A stretch of 64,000 nucleotides of DNA, from positions 511,798 to 575,797 of the forward strand of contig CP072535.1 of assembly GCA_021730165.1 (NCBI GenBank), in the 5' to 3' direction. The position numbers and the translations under genes are program-made. Position 1 is the stretch's first letter. The number at the start of each line of letters is the position of its first letter. Below the pieces are notes generated by a model. The model ran no database searches. It was not told the origin of the DNA and saw nothing but the letters and a program-made list of their open reading frames with translations. Origin of the DNA: Candidatus Vesicomyidisocius sp. Pext_18_S21. Lineage in GTDB: Bacteria > Pseudomonadota > Gammaproteobacteria > PS1 > Pseudothioglobaceae. This document shows positions 10,240-20,587 of the stretch, in pieces.

Positions 10240-13200
10240 TTATATATTGTTCTTATCTTTTTTCTTTATTAGCTTATTAATACCTAATTTATCACTACTA
10301 AGTTTAACCTTATCTTTTCTACCAAGAACTGTTTTTATCCATTCTTTAGGGTCTTTATTTTCCTTTTTAGATTTTGGTTCTTCAACATTGTATTTTGCAT
10401 CTGCATCTTTATTTTCAGGAAGAAGACCCATATTAACCGCAATATTTCTACAAGTATCTTCACCAGCAGATAAAGTTCCTAATGGGATTACAACTAGAGT
10501 TAGTATAGTAGAAATTAGTACACCAAATAATAATGAAATTGCCATACCTTGGAATATAGGGTCTGATAAGATAACAGTAGAACCACCAACCAATGCAAAT
10601 GCGGTAATCATAATAGGCCGTGTTCTTGAAGAGCACGAATTAATTATTGCATCAAAAAATGGCGTGCCTTTGGCATATTCTTGAACGGTAAAATCAACTA
10701 ATAAAATTGAATTTCGTACAATAATTCCTGCTAATGCAATCCAACCAATCATCGAAGTGGCTGTAAATTCTGCATCTAATAACCAATGACCTGGGACAAT
10801 ACCTAATAATGTTAATGGAATTGGTGCCATGATAACAGCTGGAATAATAAAGTTACCAAACTGCCACACAACCAACATATAAATCACTACTAATGCTATT
10901 GCAAATGTGCTCCCCATATCTCGAAAAGTCTCATAAGTAACTGTCCATTCACCTGTCCATTCAAAACTTGGAATAGTTTGATCTTTAGGTGGACCCAGAT
11001 ATTCACCTTGTAATTGTTTGCCATCAATCGTTTGATATTTAAGTAGTAAGTCATCTACACCTAACATTGCATAAATTGGTGCACTTAGGCGACCTTTAGG
11101 TTCACCTAATACATATTCAATATCTGCTAAATCTTTGTGAAAAATTAAATCATCTTGCTTTTTATAACTAAATGAACCTAATTCTGAAATTGGAATTAAC
11201 CCACCATGCTGAGTAGGTACAGGCAATTGAGTCAAATAAGATAATTGAGAGCGTTTAGATAACGGTATTTGTAAACAAATACTTGAAGGTTCAAGTGCAT
11301 TTTTTAATCGAATTGTACCTACGTTAAAACTACTCATAGCCATTGAAAGTGTTTCTTTAATAGTCATAACACTAACACCAAATCGAGAAGCTTTTGCTGT
11401 ATCTACTTTAAAGTCAATAACAGGATACTTATCACGTATAAGATTATCAACATCTGTCATTGTTCCCGATTCTTTAAATAATTCTGTTAAGTCATTTGCT
11501 AATTTACGACGTGTCTCCTTATCTGGCCCATACACTTCAGCAACAACAGGGCTTAATACTGGAGGACCAGGTGGCATTTCAATAACAGCATAATGGGCAC
11601 CTACATCTTCTACAATCTGTTTAATCAATATTCTTGCTTCTAAGGCAATTTCATGGCTAGAACGATCTCTCTCTGATTTTTCAACCAACTGAATTTGTAA
11701 TTCACCCTCTGAAGGGGATTGTCTTAAATAATAATGTCTTACTAGCCCGTTAAAATCAAAAGGCTTGGCAGTTCCTGAATAGGATTGAATAGCAACAACC
11801 TCTGGTACATTGCGTAATACTTGCGCCATTTTATGTAAAGTTGAAGCTGTATTTGCTAGTGCTGTACCATCAGGCATATTTAAAATTACACCAAATTCGG
11901 ACTTATTATCTAGAGGTAACATTTTTACAGGAACTAAAGTAGTATAGAACATTGATATTGACATAAAAAAAGCAACAATTAATCCAATCAAGAAACTCCA
12001 ACCATATATTTTTATATTGAATAATTTAGAGATGGTTGAATGAAAAAATGCAAACATAGCTTTTGTTTCTTTTTCTTCTTTTTTATGCATTTTGTGTAGC
12101 ACTTTCAAAGGCGGGACAAATATCATTATAAAATAAGGTGTAAAAACGAACGCTGCAAATAATGAAAACATCATTGCAATCGATCCTAATATAGGAATTG
12201 GCGCCATATATGGCCCCATCATTCCACTAACTGATGCCATAGGCACTAGAGCCGCGACTACAGTAAAGGTTGCTAAAATTGTTGGGTTACCAACTTCACG
12301 TACTGCGTCTATTGCAGTAGCAATAGTAATTTTATTATCAATCAACCATCTCCTATAGATATTTTCGGTGACAACAATAGCATCATCCACTAGAATACCA
12401 ATTGAGAAAATCAAAGCAAATAAACTCACCCTATCAATGGTCATGCCTAAAATCCACGCAGAAAAAATGGTCATCAATAATACAACTGGAATAACTAATG
12501 TTACTACAATAGCTGGACGAATACCCAAGGCAAACCATACAAGCAGAGTTACTGCACCCGTGGCAATAAATAATTTCTTAATTAAAACATTTACCTTATC
12601 TTTTGCAGATTTTCCATAATCCCTAGTGACACTAATTTCTACGTTATCAGGAATTAGTTTGCCTTTTAATTCTTCAACTTTAGCAAGAATATTTTCAGCT
12701 ACTTCTACGCCATTAGTACCATATTTCTTTGCAATAGCAATTGTTATTGCCTGTTCAGCAGTAGCTTTTTTATCTGTTTTATTTGCCTTTCCTGTATAAT
12801 AATTAACCATATGTTCAGCATCTTCTGGTGCATAATACACATCAGCTACATCACGTATATAAATTGGTTTACCATCACTTACTGTAATTACCAAGTTTTC
12901 AATATCTTCAACCTTACTAAAGAAATCACCTGAATAGACCTCCATCTTTAGCCCGTTTAGTTCAATATTTCCTGTGTGTCCTCGTACATTAGCATTACCA
13001 ATAGTACTAGCAATTTGCTGAATAGAAATACCATGTCCTGCTAAACGTCCTGGATAAGCATCAATGTGAAAGATTTCCTTACGTCCGCCAACAACAAAGC
13101 CATTATTAGTGTCTTTAACTTTTGCAAGTTGCTGTAACAGTTCTAGGCCTAAAGAACGCAACTGTCCGTCATCAAGTGATTTTGACCAAAGCGTTAAATT

Positions 13201-13686
13201 TATAATTGGTACATCATCAATTTCTTTAGGCTTAATGAGTGGTTGTTTAGCACCTGGAGGCATAAATTCAAGATTTGACAACATTTTGTCACGTACTTTG
13301 ATAATAGAGGTATTCATTTCTTGCCCAACATCAAATTCTACAGTAATAACACCTTTGCCCTTATCGCTAACAGAATAAACATGCTTAACACCTAAAATAT
13401 TTGACATTAAACGTTCTAAAGGCTTAATAATAATATTTGATACTTCCTTAGAAGAGGCGCCTGGATATTCAACAAATAAGTCAATAAGTGGTACAGAAAT
13501 TTGAGGATCTTCTTGCCTTGGGGTTGAAATTAAGCCAATAATACCTGCGCCTAACATAGCAAAAAATATGATAATAGATAGTGAAGAGGTAATAAAAGCT
13601 TTAGTAAGTTTCCCAGCAATGCCCATCTCAAACTTTTTGTTTACCTTATCAACTTTTACCGGATCAATATGACTTTTATTTGTCAT
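10240..13686 (-). CDS. RND-family inner-membrane efflux transporter (AcrB/AcrD/AcrF type) with a long Lys-rich C-terminal tail
   Basis: 1148 aa with 12-TM / two-large-loop architecture and ..SIGILVDDAIVVTENI.. It lies 6 nt downstream of its MFP gene. Confidence 0.9.
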   Translation of the reverse strand: MTNKSHIDPVKVDKVNKKFEMGIAGKLTKAFITSSLSIIIFFAMLGAGIIGLISTPRQEDPQISVPLIDLFVEYPGASSKEVSNIIIKPLERLMSNILGVKHVYSVSDKGKGVITVEFDVGQEMNTSIIKVRDKMLSNLEFMPPGAKQPLIKPKEIDDVPIINLTLWSKSLDDGQLRSLGLELLQQLAKVKDTNNGFVVGGRKEIFHIDAYPGRLAGHGISIQQIASTIGNANVRGHTGNIELNGLKMEVYSGDFFSKVEDIENLVITVSDGKPIYIRDVADVYYAPEDAEHMVNYYTGKANKTDKKATAEQAITIAIAKKYGTNGVEVAENILAKVEELKGKLIPDNVEISVTRDYGKSAKDKVNVLIKKLFIATGAVTLLVWFALGIRPAIVVTLVIPVVLLMTIFSAWILGMTIDRVSLFALIFSIGILVDDAIVVTENIYRRWLIDNKITIATAIDAVREVGNPTILATFTVVAALVPMASVSGMMGPYMAPIPILGSIAMMFSLFAAFVFTPYFIMIFVPPLKVLHKMHKKEEKETKAMFAFFHSTISKLFNIKIYGWSFLIGLIVAFFMSISMFYTTLVPVKMLPLDNKSEFGVILNMPDGTALANTASTLHKMAQVLRNVPEVVAIQSYSGTAKPFDFNGLVRHYYLRQSPSEGELQIQLVEKSERDRSSHEIALEARILIKQIVEDVGAHYAVIEMPPGPPVLSPVVAEVYGPDKETRRKLANDLTELFKESGTMTDVDNLIRDKYPVIDFKVDTAKASRFGVSVMTIKETLSMAMSSFNVGTIRLKNALEPSSICLQIPLSKRSQLSYLTQLPVPTQHGGLIPISELGSFSYKKQDDLIFHKDLADIEYVLGEPKGRLSAPIYAMLGVDDLLLKYQTIDGKQLQGEYLGPPKDQTIPSFEWTGEWTVTYETFRDMGSTFAIALVVIYMLVVWQFGNFIIPAVIMAPIPLTLLGIVPGHWLLDAEFTATSMIGWIALAGIIVRNSILLVDFTVQEYAKGTPFFDAIINSCSSRTRPIMITAFALVGGSTVILSDPIFQGMAISLLFGVLISTILTLVVIPLGTLSAGEDTCRNIAVNMGLLPENKDADAKYNVEEPKSKKENKDPKEWIKTVLGRKDKVKLSSDKLGINKLIKKKDKNNI

Positions 13687-13692
13687 AATGTG

Positions 13693-14880
13693 TTAAATAC
13701 CCATACCTGAAACCATTAGGATATTTGGATTAGAAACAATTTTTTCACCAATTTTTAAGCCTGAAAGAACGCTTTTTTTATTTTTACCAACTTGTTCTCC
13801 TAAACGTATAAATCTTAACTCTGTTTTATTGGTTAATGAATTAACAACAAACACACTTGGTAGTGAAGAACGCCACATAATAGCAATTTCAGGAATAACT
13901 GGCGTTAATACACCAGAATCTGTTTCAAAAATTTCTACTTCTGCATATGCTCCTGATAATACTGGAACATTAGTCGGTAAATTAAACTTAACCTTAACAC
14001 TATGTTTAACATTATCTGCAATAGGATAAATTTGTGAAAGTTTAGCATCAACTACAATATTAGCAATATCTAATTTAATACGGTATATTTTGTTAAGTTT
14101 AAGACTTCTAACTAACCTTGAAGGTACATTCACTTCTACTTGAAGATTTTTGATATTAGCAAATTTTATCAAAATTTGACCAGCTTGAACAACGTCCCCT
14201 TTGTTAATATTTTTAGCTACAATAACACCATCAAATGGTGCACTCACATTAGCATCTTTTAAGCGTGATTCAGCTTGCTTTAAATGTAATTTAGCTTGCT
14301 TAAGTTTATTCTTAGCCTGTTGATAGTTTGTGTATCTAGAAGTTCTATTAGCAAACTTGTCAAAATCTGGATTACCTTGACCTGATATTTTTAACATAGG
14401 GTCCGTAAACATTGAAAACATACCTGGTACACTACCAAACATACCACCTGAGTTTGGCGATACAATTGATTGTGAATATTGGACCCCTGCATTTCTAAGT
14501 GCCTCACTAGCTGAGGCAATTGCTGCATAGGCTGAATCTCTTTGTGCTTGAATAGACTCTTGTTCTAATGTGACTAAAATTGCACCTTTTTTAAACATAT
14601 CCCCCTCTTGACCATTAATGTTTAATACATCACCAGATACCTGAGCAACTAAATTAACACGCGAAGAAGAAATAACTGAACCACCTAAAAGTGCTCTCTT
14701 ATCTAGTGATACCCCTCTTACAGATTGAATGTTATAAACAGATTTAAAATTATTAATATTTTGTTTTATACTTCCTTTTAAAGGGATATTAAGGGAAGTA
14801 ATTTGTGCTTTAGAAGGTAATGAAGAAGACATCAATAAAATCATCGATGTGAATAATAAGATTAATGCATGCATAGTCAC
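13693..14880 (-). CDS. RND efflux membrane-fusion (periplasmic adaptor) protein
   Basis: 395 aa with an N-terminal signal/anchor, a lipoyl-like segment, a coiled-coil hairpin (..QQAKNKLKQAKLHLKQAESRLKDANV..) and a beta-barrel domain. Confidence 0.85.
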   Translation of the reverse strand: MTMHALILLFTSMILLMSSSLPSKAQITSLNIPLKGSIKQNINNFKSVYNIQSVRGVSLDKRALLGGSVISSSRVNLVAQVSGDVLNINGQEGDMFKKGAILVTLEQESIQAQRDSAYAAIASASEALRNAGVQYSQSIVSPNSGGMFGSVPGMFSMFTDPMLKISGQGNPDFDKFANRTSRYTNYQQAKNKLKQAKLHLKQAESRLKDANVSAPFDGVIVAKNINKGDVVQAGQILIKFANIKNLQVEVNVPSRLVRSLKLNKIYRIKLDIANIVVDAKLSQIYPIADNVKHSVKVKFNLPTNVPVLSGAYAEVEIFETDSGVLTPVIPEIAIMWRSSLPSVFVVNSLTNKTELRFIRLGEQVGKNKKSVLSGLKIGEKIVSNPNILMVSGMGI

Positions 14881-15071
14881 CCTGTTTTTAAAAAGTAAAA
14901 AATAAACTTTATCGAAGATTTTATATGATTAAAATACATCATATCTATTATTTTCCATTAAAAATGGGCAATATAATTATATCTTATTGATACAAGTATT
15001 TGTTTTTAAATAATTTTATTTACTTTCATGAATAAATTTTACTTACATAAAAACCTCACAATATTTATTTA

Positions 15072-16070
15072 ATGACAACTATTGCTTTCACCGTTGGAGA
15101 ACCATCTGGTATTGGACCTGATTTAGCTGTTATTTACGCTCAAATAAAATCAAATAAAAATCTTTTGTTATTTGCAGATCCAGATGTTTTATTAAATCGT
15201 GCAAAACAACTTAACTTAAACATAAAAATTATTGAATCTGAACAAGCTGGTTCAATTTATGAACTGGCTGTCTATCCAATTAAAGTTAACACCCATGTAG
15301 AATGCGGTATTTTAAATAAAAATAATGCACAATATGTATTAAATACACTTGACTGTGCAACTGAGTATTGTCTTAATTCACGATGTGATGCATTAGTTAC
15401 TGGCCCCATACATAAAGGTATTATTAACCAAGCAGGGATCAGTTTTACAGGTCATACTGAATATTTAGCTAACTTATCTAATATTGATAAAACAGTAATG
15501 ATGTTAGCAACAAATGGCTTAAGAGTTGCACTAGCAACTACACATATGCCACTTTCAGATGTACCTCAAAATATTACCACGCAATCTTTGAAGAAAACCA
15601 TTAGCATTATTCATCAATTTTTGTTAAATAATGGTGTTAATGCACCTAAAATTGTTGTATGTGGTTTAAATCCGCATGCGGGAGAAAATGGTTATTTAGG
15701 TATGGAAGAGATTGAAATTATTAATCCTTTAATTAAAAAACTAAATAGTCAAGGATACAATCTTGTTGGTAGTATGCCTGCTGATACAGCCTTTACACCT
15801 AATTCACTAACTGGTGTTGATTGTGTATTGAGCATGTATCACGATCAAGGTTTACCGGTTCTAAAAACATTAGGATTTAAAAAAGCAGTTAATATTACAC
15901 TAGGTTTGCCATTTATACGAACTTCGGTAGATCATGGTAGCGCGCTTAATCTTGCTGGTACTGGAAATATTAGCCTTGGTAGTTTGAATACTGCTATAGA
16001 TTATGCACAAATGCTAGTAATCAATCATAAAAAATTTAAACCAACAAAAGTTGTATCTCTTGATGCATAG
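15072..16070 (+). CDS. pdxA: 4-hydroxythreonine-4-phosphate dehydrogenase PdxA
   Basis: 332 aa with ..GEPSGIGPD.., ..GHTEYLA.., ..GLNPHAGENG.. and ..SVDHGSA.. Confidence 0.93.
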   Translation: MTTIAFTVGEPSGIGPDLAVIYAQIKSNKNLLLFADPDVLLNRAKQLNLNIKIIESEQAGSIYELAVYPIKVNTHVECGILNKNNAQYVLNTLDCATEYCLNSRCDALVTGPIHKGIINQAGISFTGHTEYLANLSNIDKTVMMLATNGLRVALATTHMPLSDVPQNITTQSLKKTISIIHQFLLNNGVNAPKIVVCGLNPHAGENGYLGMEEIEIINPLIKKLNSQGYNLVGSMPADTAFTPNSLTGVDCVLSMYHDQGLPVLKTLGFKKAVNITLGLPFIRTSVDHGSALNLAGTGNISLGSLNTAIDYAQMLVINHKKFKPTKVVSLDA

Positions 16071-16815
16071 GGCTCGTAAGCGTTTTGGGCAAAACTTTCT
16101 TGTTGATAACAGAATTATTGACCGTATTATCAGCACTATCGCCCCAAAACGTAATGATAATTTATTAGAAATTGGTCCTGGACAAGGCGCCATAACACTA
16201 CCTTTATTAAATTATGTTAACCAATTAAACGTTATTGAAATTGATCGAAATTTAGTTTCAATTCTAGAATCACTTGAATACTCTCATTTAATTATTCATC
16301 AAGGTGATGTACTTAAATTTGATTTAAATATCTTGCCTATGCCAATTAGGATAATTGGCAACTTACCTTACAATATCTCTTCTTCTATCCTTTTTTATTT
16401 GATTGAAAATTTAGATAAAATACAAGACATAACTATCATGTTACAAAAAGAATTTGTAGAAAGGATGGGATCAAAAAGTGGTTCTAAAGTATATGGACGT
16501 TTAAGCGTCATGATGCAAACATTTTTTAATGTTAAGATGATTTTTACCGTACCACCAGAATCATTCAATCCTGTACCAAGAGTAAATTCTGCCATTGTAT
16601 ATTTAAAACCTCTGACACAACCAAAAACCAAAAATATTAAGGTATTTGAAAAAGTTGTAAAATTAGCATTTTCACAACGAAGAAAAATGTTAAGAAATAG
16701 CTTAAAATATGTATTAACCCAAAAGCAAACTGACATTGACTTATCCCGGCGTGCTGAAATGCTAACAATTGATGATTTTATCACCTTAACGCAAGACTAT
16801 GAAAAACAACATTGA
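16063..16815 (+). CDS. rsmA: 16S rRNA (adenine1518/1519-N6)-dimethyltransferase RsmA/KsgA
   Basis: ..RKRFGQNFL.., ..LEIGPGQGAIT.. and ..IIGNLPYNISS.. ATG 16063 overlaps the pdxA stop; the ORF track starts at an in-frame TTG at 16051. It terminates in TGA at 16813-16815. Confidence 0.93.
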   Translation: MHRARKRFGQNFLVDNRIIDRIISTIAPKRNDNLLEIGPGQGAITLPLLNYVNQLNVIEIDRNLVSILESLEYSHLIIHQGDVLKFDLNILPMPIRIIGNLPYNISSSILFYLIENLDKIQDITIMLQKEFVERMGSKSGSKVYGRLSVMMQTFFNVKMIFTVPPESFNPVPRVNSAIVYLKPLTQPKTKNIKVFEKVVKLAFSQRRKMLRNSLKYVLTQKQTDIDLSRRAEMLTIDDFITLTQDYEKQH

Positions 16816-17170
16816 AATAAAGATTAAAGTAACTTATTTAGAGAACCAATCAGATATTTATGCGAATCAATATATCTATACTTACACTATTACAATCACT
16901 AATAAAGGTAGCGTTGGTGTGCAACTTTTAACACGTCATTGGCGTATTCAAGATGAAACTGGGCATACTGAAGATGTGATTGGAAAAGGGGTAATTGGTC
17001 AACAACCTCACTTATCGCCAAAAGAATCTTTTCAATACTCATCAGGTTCCATCATTAAAACCCAAACTGGCTCTATGAAGGGTTCTTATGGTATGATTAA
17101 TGATCGTGGAGAACGTTTTAATGTGAAGATTCCTGAATTTATACTCAGCAAACCCTACACTTTACACTAA
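16799..17170 (+). CDS. apaG: ApaG (DUF525) protein
   Basis: 123 aa with ..LTRHWRIQDETGHTEDV.GKGVIGQQP.. The rsmA-apaG-apaH order is conserved. Confidence 0.88.
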   Translation: MKNNIEIKIKVTYLENQSDIYANQYIYTYTITITNKGSVGVQLLTRHWRIQDETGHTEDVIGKGVIGQQPHLSPKESFQYSSGSIIKTQTGSMKGSYGMINDRGERFNVKIPEFILSKPYTLH

Positions 17171-17967
17171 TGTCAGACTATTTAATAGGAGATGTTCAAG
17201 GTTGTTTTGACTCTTTGAAAACTTTGTTAAAAAAAATTAAATTTTCAAGCGATAAAGATCGATTGTTTTTTTTAGGAGATGTGGTTAATAGAGGCAAACA
17301 ATCTTTAGCTACATTACGCTTTATTAAAGACTTAAAAAGTAATGCTTTAATGGTTCTAGGTAATCATGATTTTCATTTATTAGCCTGCACATTAGGTCGT
17401 AAAAATCCTAATAAAAAAGACACATTTACTGATATTATTAATGCTAATGATGCAAATTTATTGCTTGATTTTTTGAAGAATCAGCCCTTAGCAATTAAGC
17501 ACAAAGGTGTTCTTATGATTCATGCTGGTGTGCCACCAAGTTGGGATATTGATAGGACTCTTCAACAATCTAGACAGGTTCAAAAGCATCTTAAAAGTGT
17601 CAATGTTTCACAGTTTTTAAAAAATATGTATGGTAACAAACCTAATATCTGGTCAAAAAATTTAACTGAACTAGAACAGTGTAAATACACTATTAATGCT
17701 TTAATGCGACTACGCTTTTGTAAAGCTAATGATGAGCTAGAATTTAACCATAAAATGAATTATACACATCCGCCAAAAGGTTTTAAAGCCTGGTTTATGC
17801 ATAAGAATAGATTGTTAAAAAATACAGATATATTTTTTGGTCACTGGTCTAGTTTATCAGGTGTTAATCAAACACATATTTACTCGATGGATCATGGATG
17901 TATCTGGAATGGACATTTGAGTGCTATTAGGCTAAAAGATAAAAAAATATTCTCTGTTAGTTGTTAA
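17170..17967 (+). CDS. apaH: bis(5'-nucleosyl)-tetraphosphatase (symmetrical) ApaH
   Basis: 265 aa with metallophosphatase motifs GDVQGC, GDVVNRG and GNHD. Confidence 0.92.
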   Translation: MSDYLIGDVQGCFDSLKTLLKKIKFSSDKDRLFFLGDVVNRGKQSLATLRFIKDLKSNALMVLGNHDFHLLACTLGRKNPNKKDTFTDIINANDANLLLDFLKNQPLAIKHKGVLMIHAGVPPSWDIDRTLQQSRQVQKHLKSVNVSQFLKNMYGNKPNIWSKNLTELEQCKYTINALMRLRFCKANDELEFNHKMNYTHPPKGFKAWFMHKNRLLKNTDIFFGHWSSLSGVNQTHIYSMDHGCIWNGHLSAIRLKDKKIFSVSC

Positions 17968-18779
17968 ATCTCTATTTGACCTTCAAAAACAAATTGTGCA
18001 GGGCCTGATAAAAATATATGTCCGCCTTGCGTGTATTCAATTAAAGCATTACCACCACTTAAGTGAACAACAACATTTTCTTTTAATAAACCTTGTTCAA
18101 CACCATAAGCTACCGCTGCGCAAGCTCCAGAACCACAAGCTAAAGTTTCCTCAGAACCACGTTCATAAACGCGTAGGTTAATTTCATGAGTATTTAAAAT
18201 TTGCATAAAACCAATATTAGCTTGGTTGGGTAACAATTTACTTTGTTGAATTTTAAGTGCAATAGTATTAATATCAATATTATTAACATCTTTAACTAAC
18301 ATAACACAATGAGGATTACCAATTGAGATAGCTCCTAAATCAAATCCCTCAATCTGATAATGTTCACTTTGTTGCGGTACCAGAAGTGGAATATCAACTG
18401 GATTAAAACTTGGTTTTCCCATATCAACACACACTGTGTTATCATCATTTAGGTATAAACTAATGATATTAGAACTAGTTTTGACAGTAATTGGATTACT
18501 ATGAGTTAGATTCTTATCATTAACAAAACGAGTAAAACAACGTGCACCATTACCGCATTGTTCTACTTCTGAACCGTTAGAATTATAAATAACATAACGA
18601 AAATCAACACCTCTTATATTACTAGTTTCAACTACCAATAGCTGATCAAAGCCAATCCCTAAATGCCGATTAGCTAAATTTGCTATTTTCTTAGCATTAA
18701 AGGTAATATCACCAGCAAGATTATCAACCACCATGAAGTCGTTGCCTAACCCATGCATTTTTGTAAAATTAATCAACAT
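17964..18779 (-). CDS. dapF: diaminopimelate epimerase DapF
   Basis: 271 aa with ..KMHGLGNDF.. and both catalytic Cys motifs (..EQCGNGARC.., ..ACGSGACA..). Confidence 0.94.
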   Translation of the reverse strand: MLINFTKMHGLGNDFMVVDNLAGDITFNAKKIANLANRHLGIGFDQLLVVETSNIRGVDFRYVIYNSNGSEVEQCGNGARCFTRFVNDKNLTHSNPITVKTSSNIISLYLNDDNTVCVDMGKPSFNPVDIPLLVPQQSEHYQIEGFDLGAISIGNPHCVMLVKDVNNIDINTIALKIQQSKLLPNQANIGFMQILNTHEINLRVYERGSEETLACGSGACAAVAYGVEQGLLKENVVVHLSGGNALIEYTQGGHIFLSGPAQFVFEGQIEI

Positions 18780-19236
18780 ATCTCATATATTATCCACTTA
18801 TAATTTTCAAGTTTAAAAAGAATTAAGTTCTGATAAAATATTGTTTGATGTCCATTGTCAAGAAAATTAACAGAAATATCAACCAATATTATCCTAAACA
18901 AAGAAAAAACTTTATTAACTATTACCTTATAATAAGGTTTACTATCTACTTAGTTCTAAATATTTAAGAATTTATTCACCTTCAACTAAAATCTTGGACT
19001 ATAGTCATCAAGATGAGAAACTTTAAAATTTAATAAAGAAAATACAACTATTTTATGTATCAATCTAGAGGTGGTTTACGCTGTAATTTTGTTTGTTAGT
19101 GATAATCACGATAGCAATATTTATTCTTGATTACACTTACATAAATTTGTTTAAAATTGTTGTAGAATTTATCATGAATATTTACAAAAACCAAAAGACG
19201 TTAAACACACTTTACCTACAATTATAAATTTTAATA

Positions 19237-20571
19237 GTGTTTATTTATGCTCTGGGATTTTTCTTAATTACTATTAGTATTTTAACAACTGTTCATGAAT
19301 TAGGTCATTTTTTAGTTGCTAAAAAGCTTAATGTTAAAGTGTTACGTTTTTCTATTGGATTTGGCAAAGTTTTGACATCATTTAAGTATGGTGAAACGCA
19401 ATACACCTTATGCGCATTCCCTTTAGGTGGTTTTATTAAAATGCTTGATGAAAACGAAACCTCAGTTGAGACATCAGAAAAACATCGTGCATTTAATCAG
19501 CAAAACGTTTATACACGTATTATGATTACTGTGGCTGGACCGATTGCTAATTTTCTTTTAGCTATTATTCTTTATACTGTCGTTTTTACTATCGGTGTTA
19601 TCGGTATTAAGCCTATTGTTGGTACACTTGAAACCCCTAGTATTGCTCAACAATCAGGTATTCAAAAAGGTGATCAACTATTGAGTATTAATGGTATTTT
19701 AACACCAACTATTAGTGAATTCTCAATGAGTTTTATTCAATTACTAAATGAGACTCCTCTTTATATTAATGTTATTTCTGATACTTTAAATTTTAAAAAA
19801 TTAAAGATTAATCTATCTGGTGATTTTTTATCTAATCCAGAACAAGGTATTGATCGTTATTTAGGATTTAAATTTGCCATGCCTAAACTTGAGGCAATTA
19901 TTGACCAAGTTATACCTAATTCAGCTGCCTCAATAGCAGGTCTACAAATAAACGATAAAATTCTAAGTGAAAATCATACTCATATTAACTCATGGTATGA
20001 TTTTGTTAACACTGTTCAAAACAACCCCAATAAAAAGATTAATCTACAGGTTGAGCGTAATGGTAATATTGTACATATAGTATTAATACCAAAAATTGAG
20101 CATGGTTTAGTCAAAGCAGGTGTTAACGTTTTAATACCTGACAATTATTTAGATGAGTGGTTTGTATTAATCAAAAAAGATATATTTAATGCTTTTATAG
20201 AAGCTAATAATAAGGTTTATCAACTTATCTTATTCAACTTAAGAATGATTAAAAAAATAATTATGGGCAAAGTATCACTTAATCAAATTAGTGGTCCTAT
20301 TAGTATTGCTAACCACGCTGGTAAAAGTGCCCAAGTTGGTTTTGTAACATTCTTATCTTTTTTAGCTATTATTAGCATTGGATTAGGTTTGCTTAATTTA
20401 TTACCTATTCCATTATTAGATGGTGGATATTTATTTTTCTATTTAATAGAACTTATTAAAGGCTCAGCTATTAATCGATCGTTTCAACAATTTTTAACAA
20501 AATTTGGATTGTTTGTTATTATATTAATAACAGTTGTTGCTCTGTATAATGATCTGTCACGTTTATTCTAA
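19237..20571 (+). CDS. rseP: site-2 (RIP) zinc metalloprotease RseP
   Basis: 444 aa with a GTG start, HELGH in TM1, a PDZ region and ..NLLPIPLLDGG.. Confidence 0.92.
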   Translation: MFIYALGFFLITISILTTVHELGHFLVAKKLNVKVLRFSIGFGKVLTSFKYGETQYTLCAFPLGGFIKMLDENETSVETSEKHRAFNQQNVYTRIMITVAGPIANFLLAIILYTVVFTIGVIGIKPIVGTLETPSIAQQSGIQKGDQLLSINGILTPTISEFSMSFIQLLNETPLYINVISDTLNFKKLKINLSGDFLSNPEQGIDRYLGFKFAMPKLEAIIDQVIPNSAASIAGLQINDKILSENHTHINSWYDFVNTVQNNPNKKINLQVERNGNIVHIVLIPKIEHGLVKAGVNVLIPDNYLDEWFVLIKKDIFNAFIEANNKVYQLILFNLRMIKKIIMGKVSLNQISGPISIANHAGKSAQVGFVTFLSFLAIISIGLGLLNLLPIPLLDGGYLFFYLIELIKGSAINRSFQQFLTKFGLFVIILITVVALYNDLSRLF

Positions 20572-20587
20572 TTTATCAAAAAAAGAT

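Noticed and set aside
10220-10684. 154-aa plus-strand ORF following lipA.
   Set aside because: It lies entirely antisense to the 3' end of the RND transporter gene. Its Leu/Ser/Phe-rich translation mirrors the Lys-rich tail on the other strand. It has no SD.
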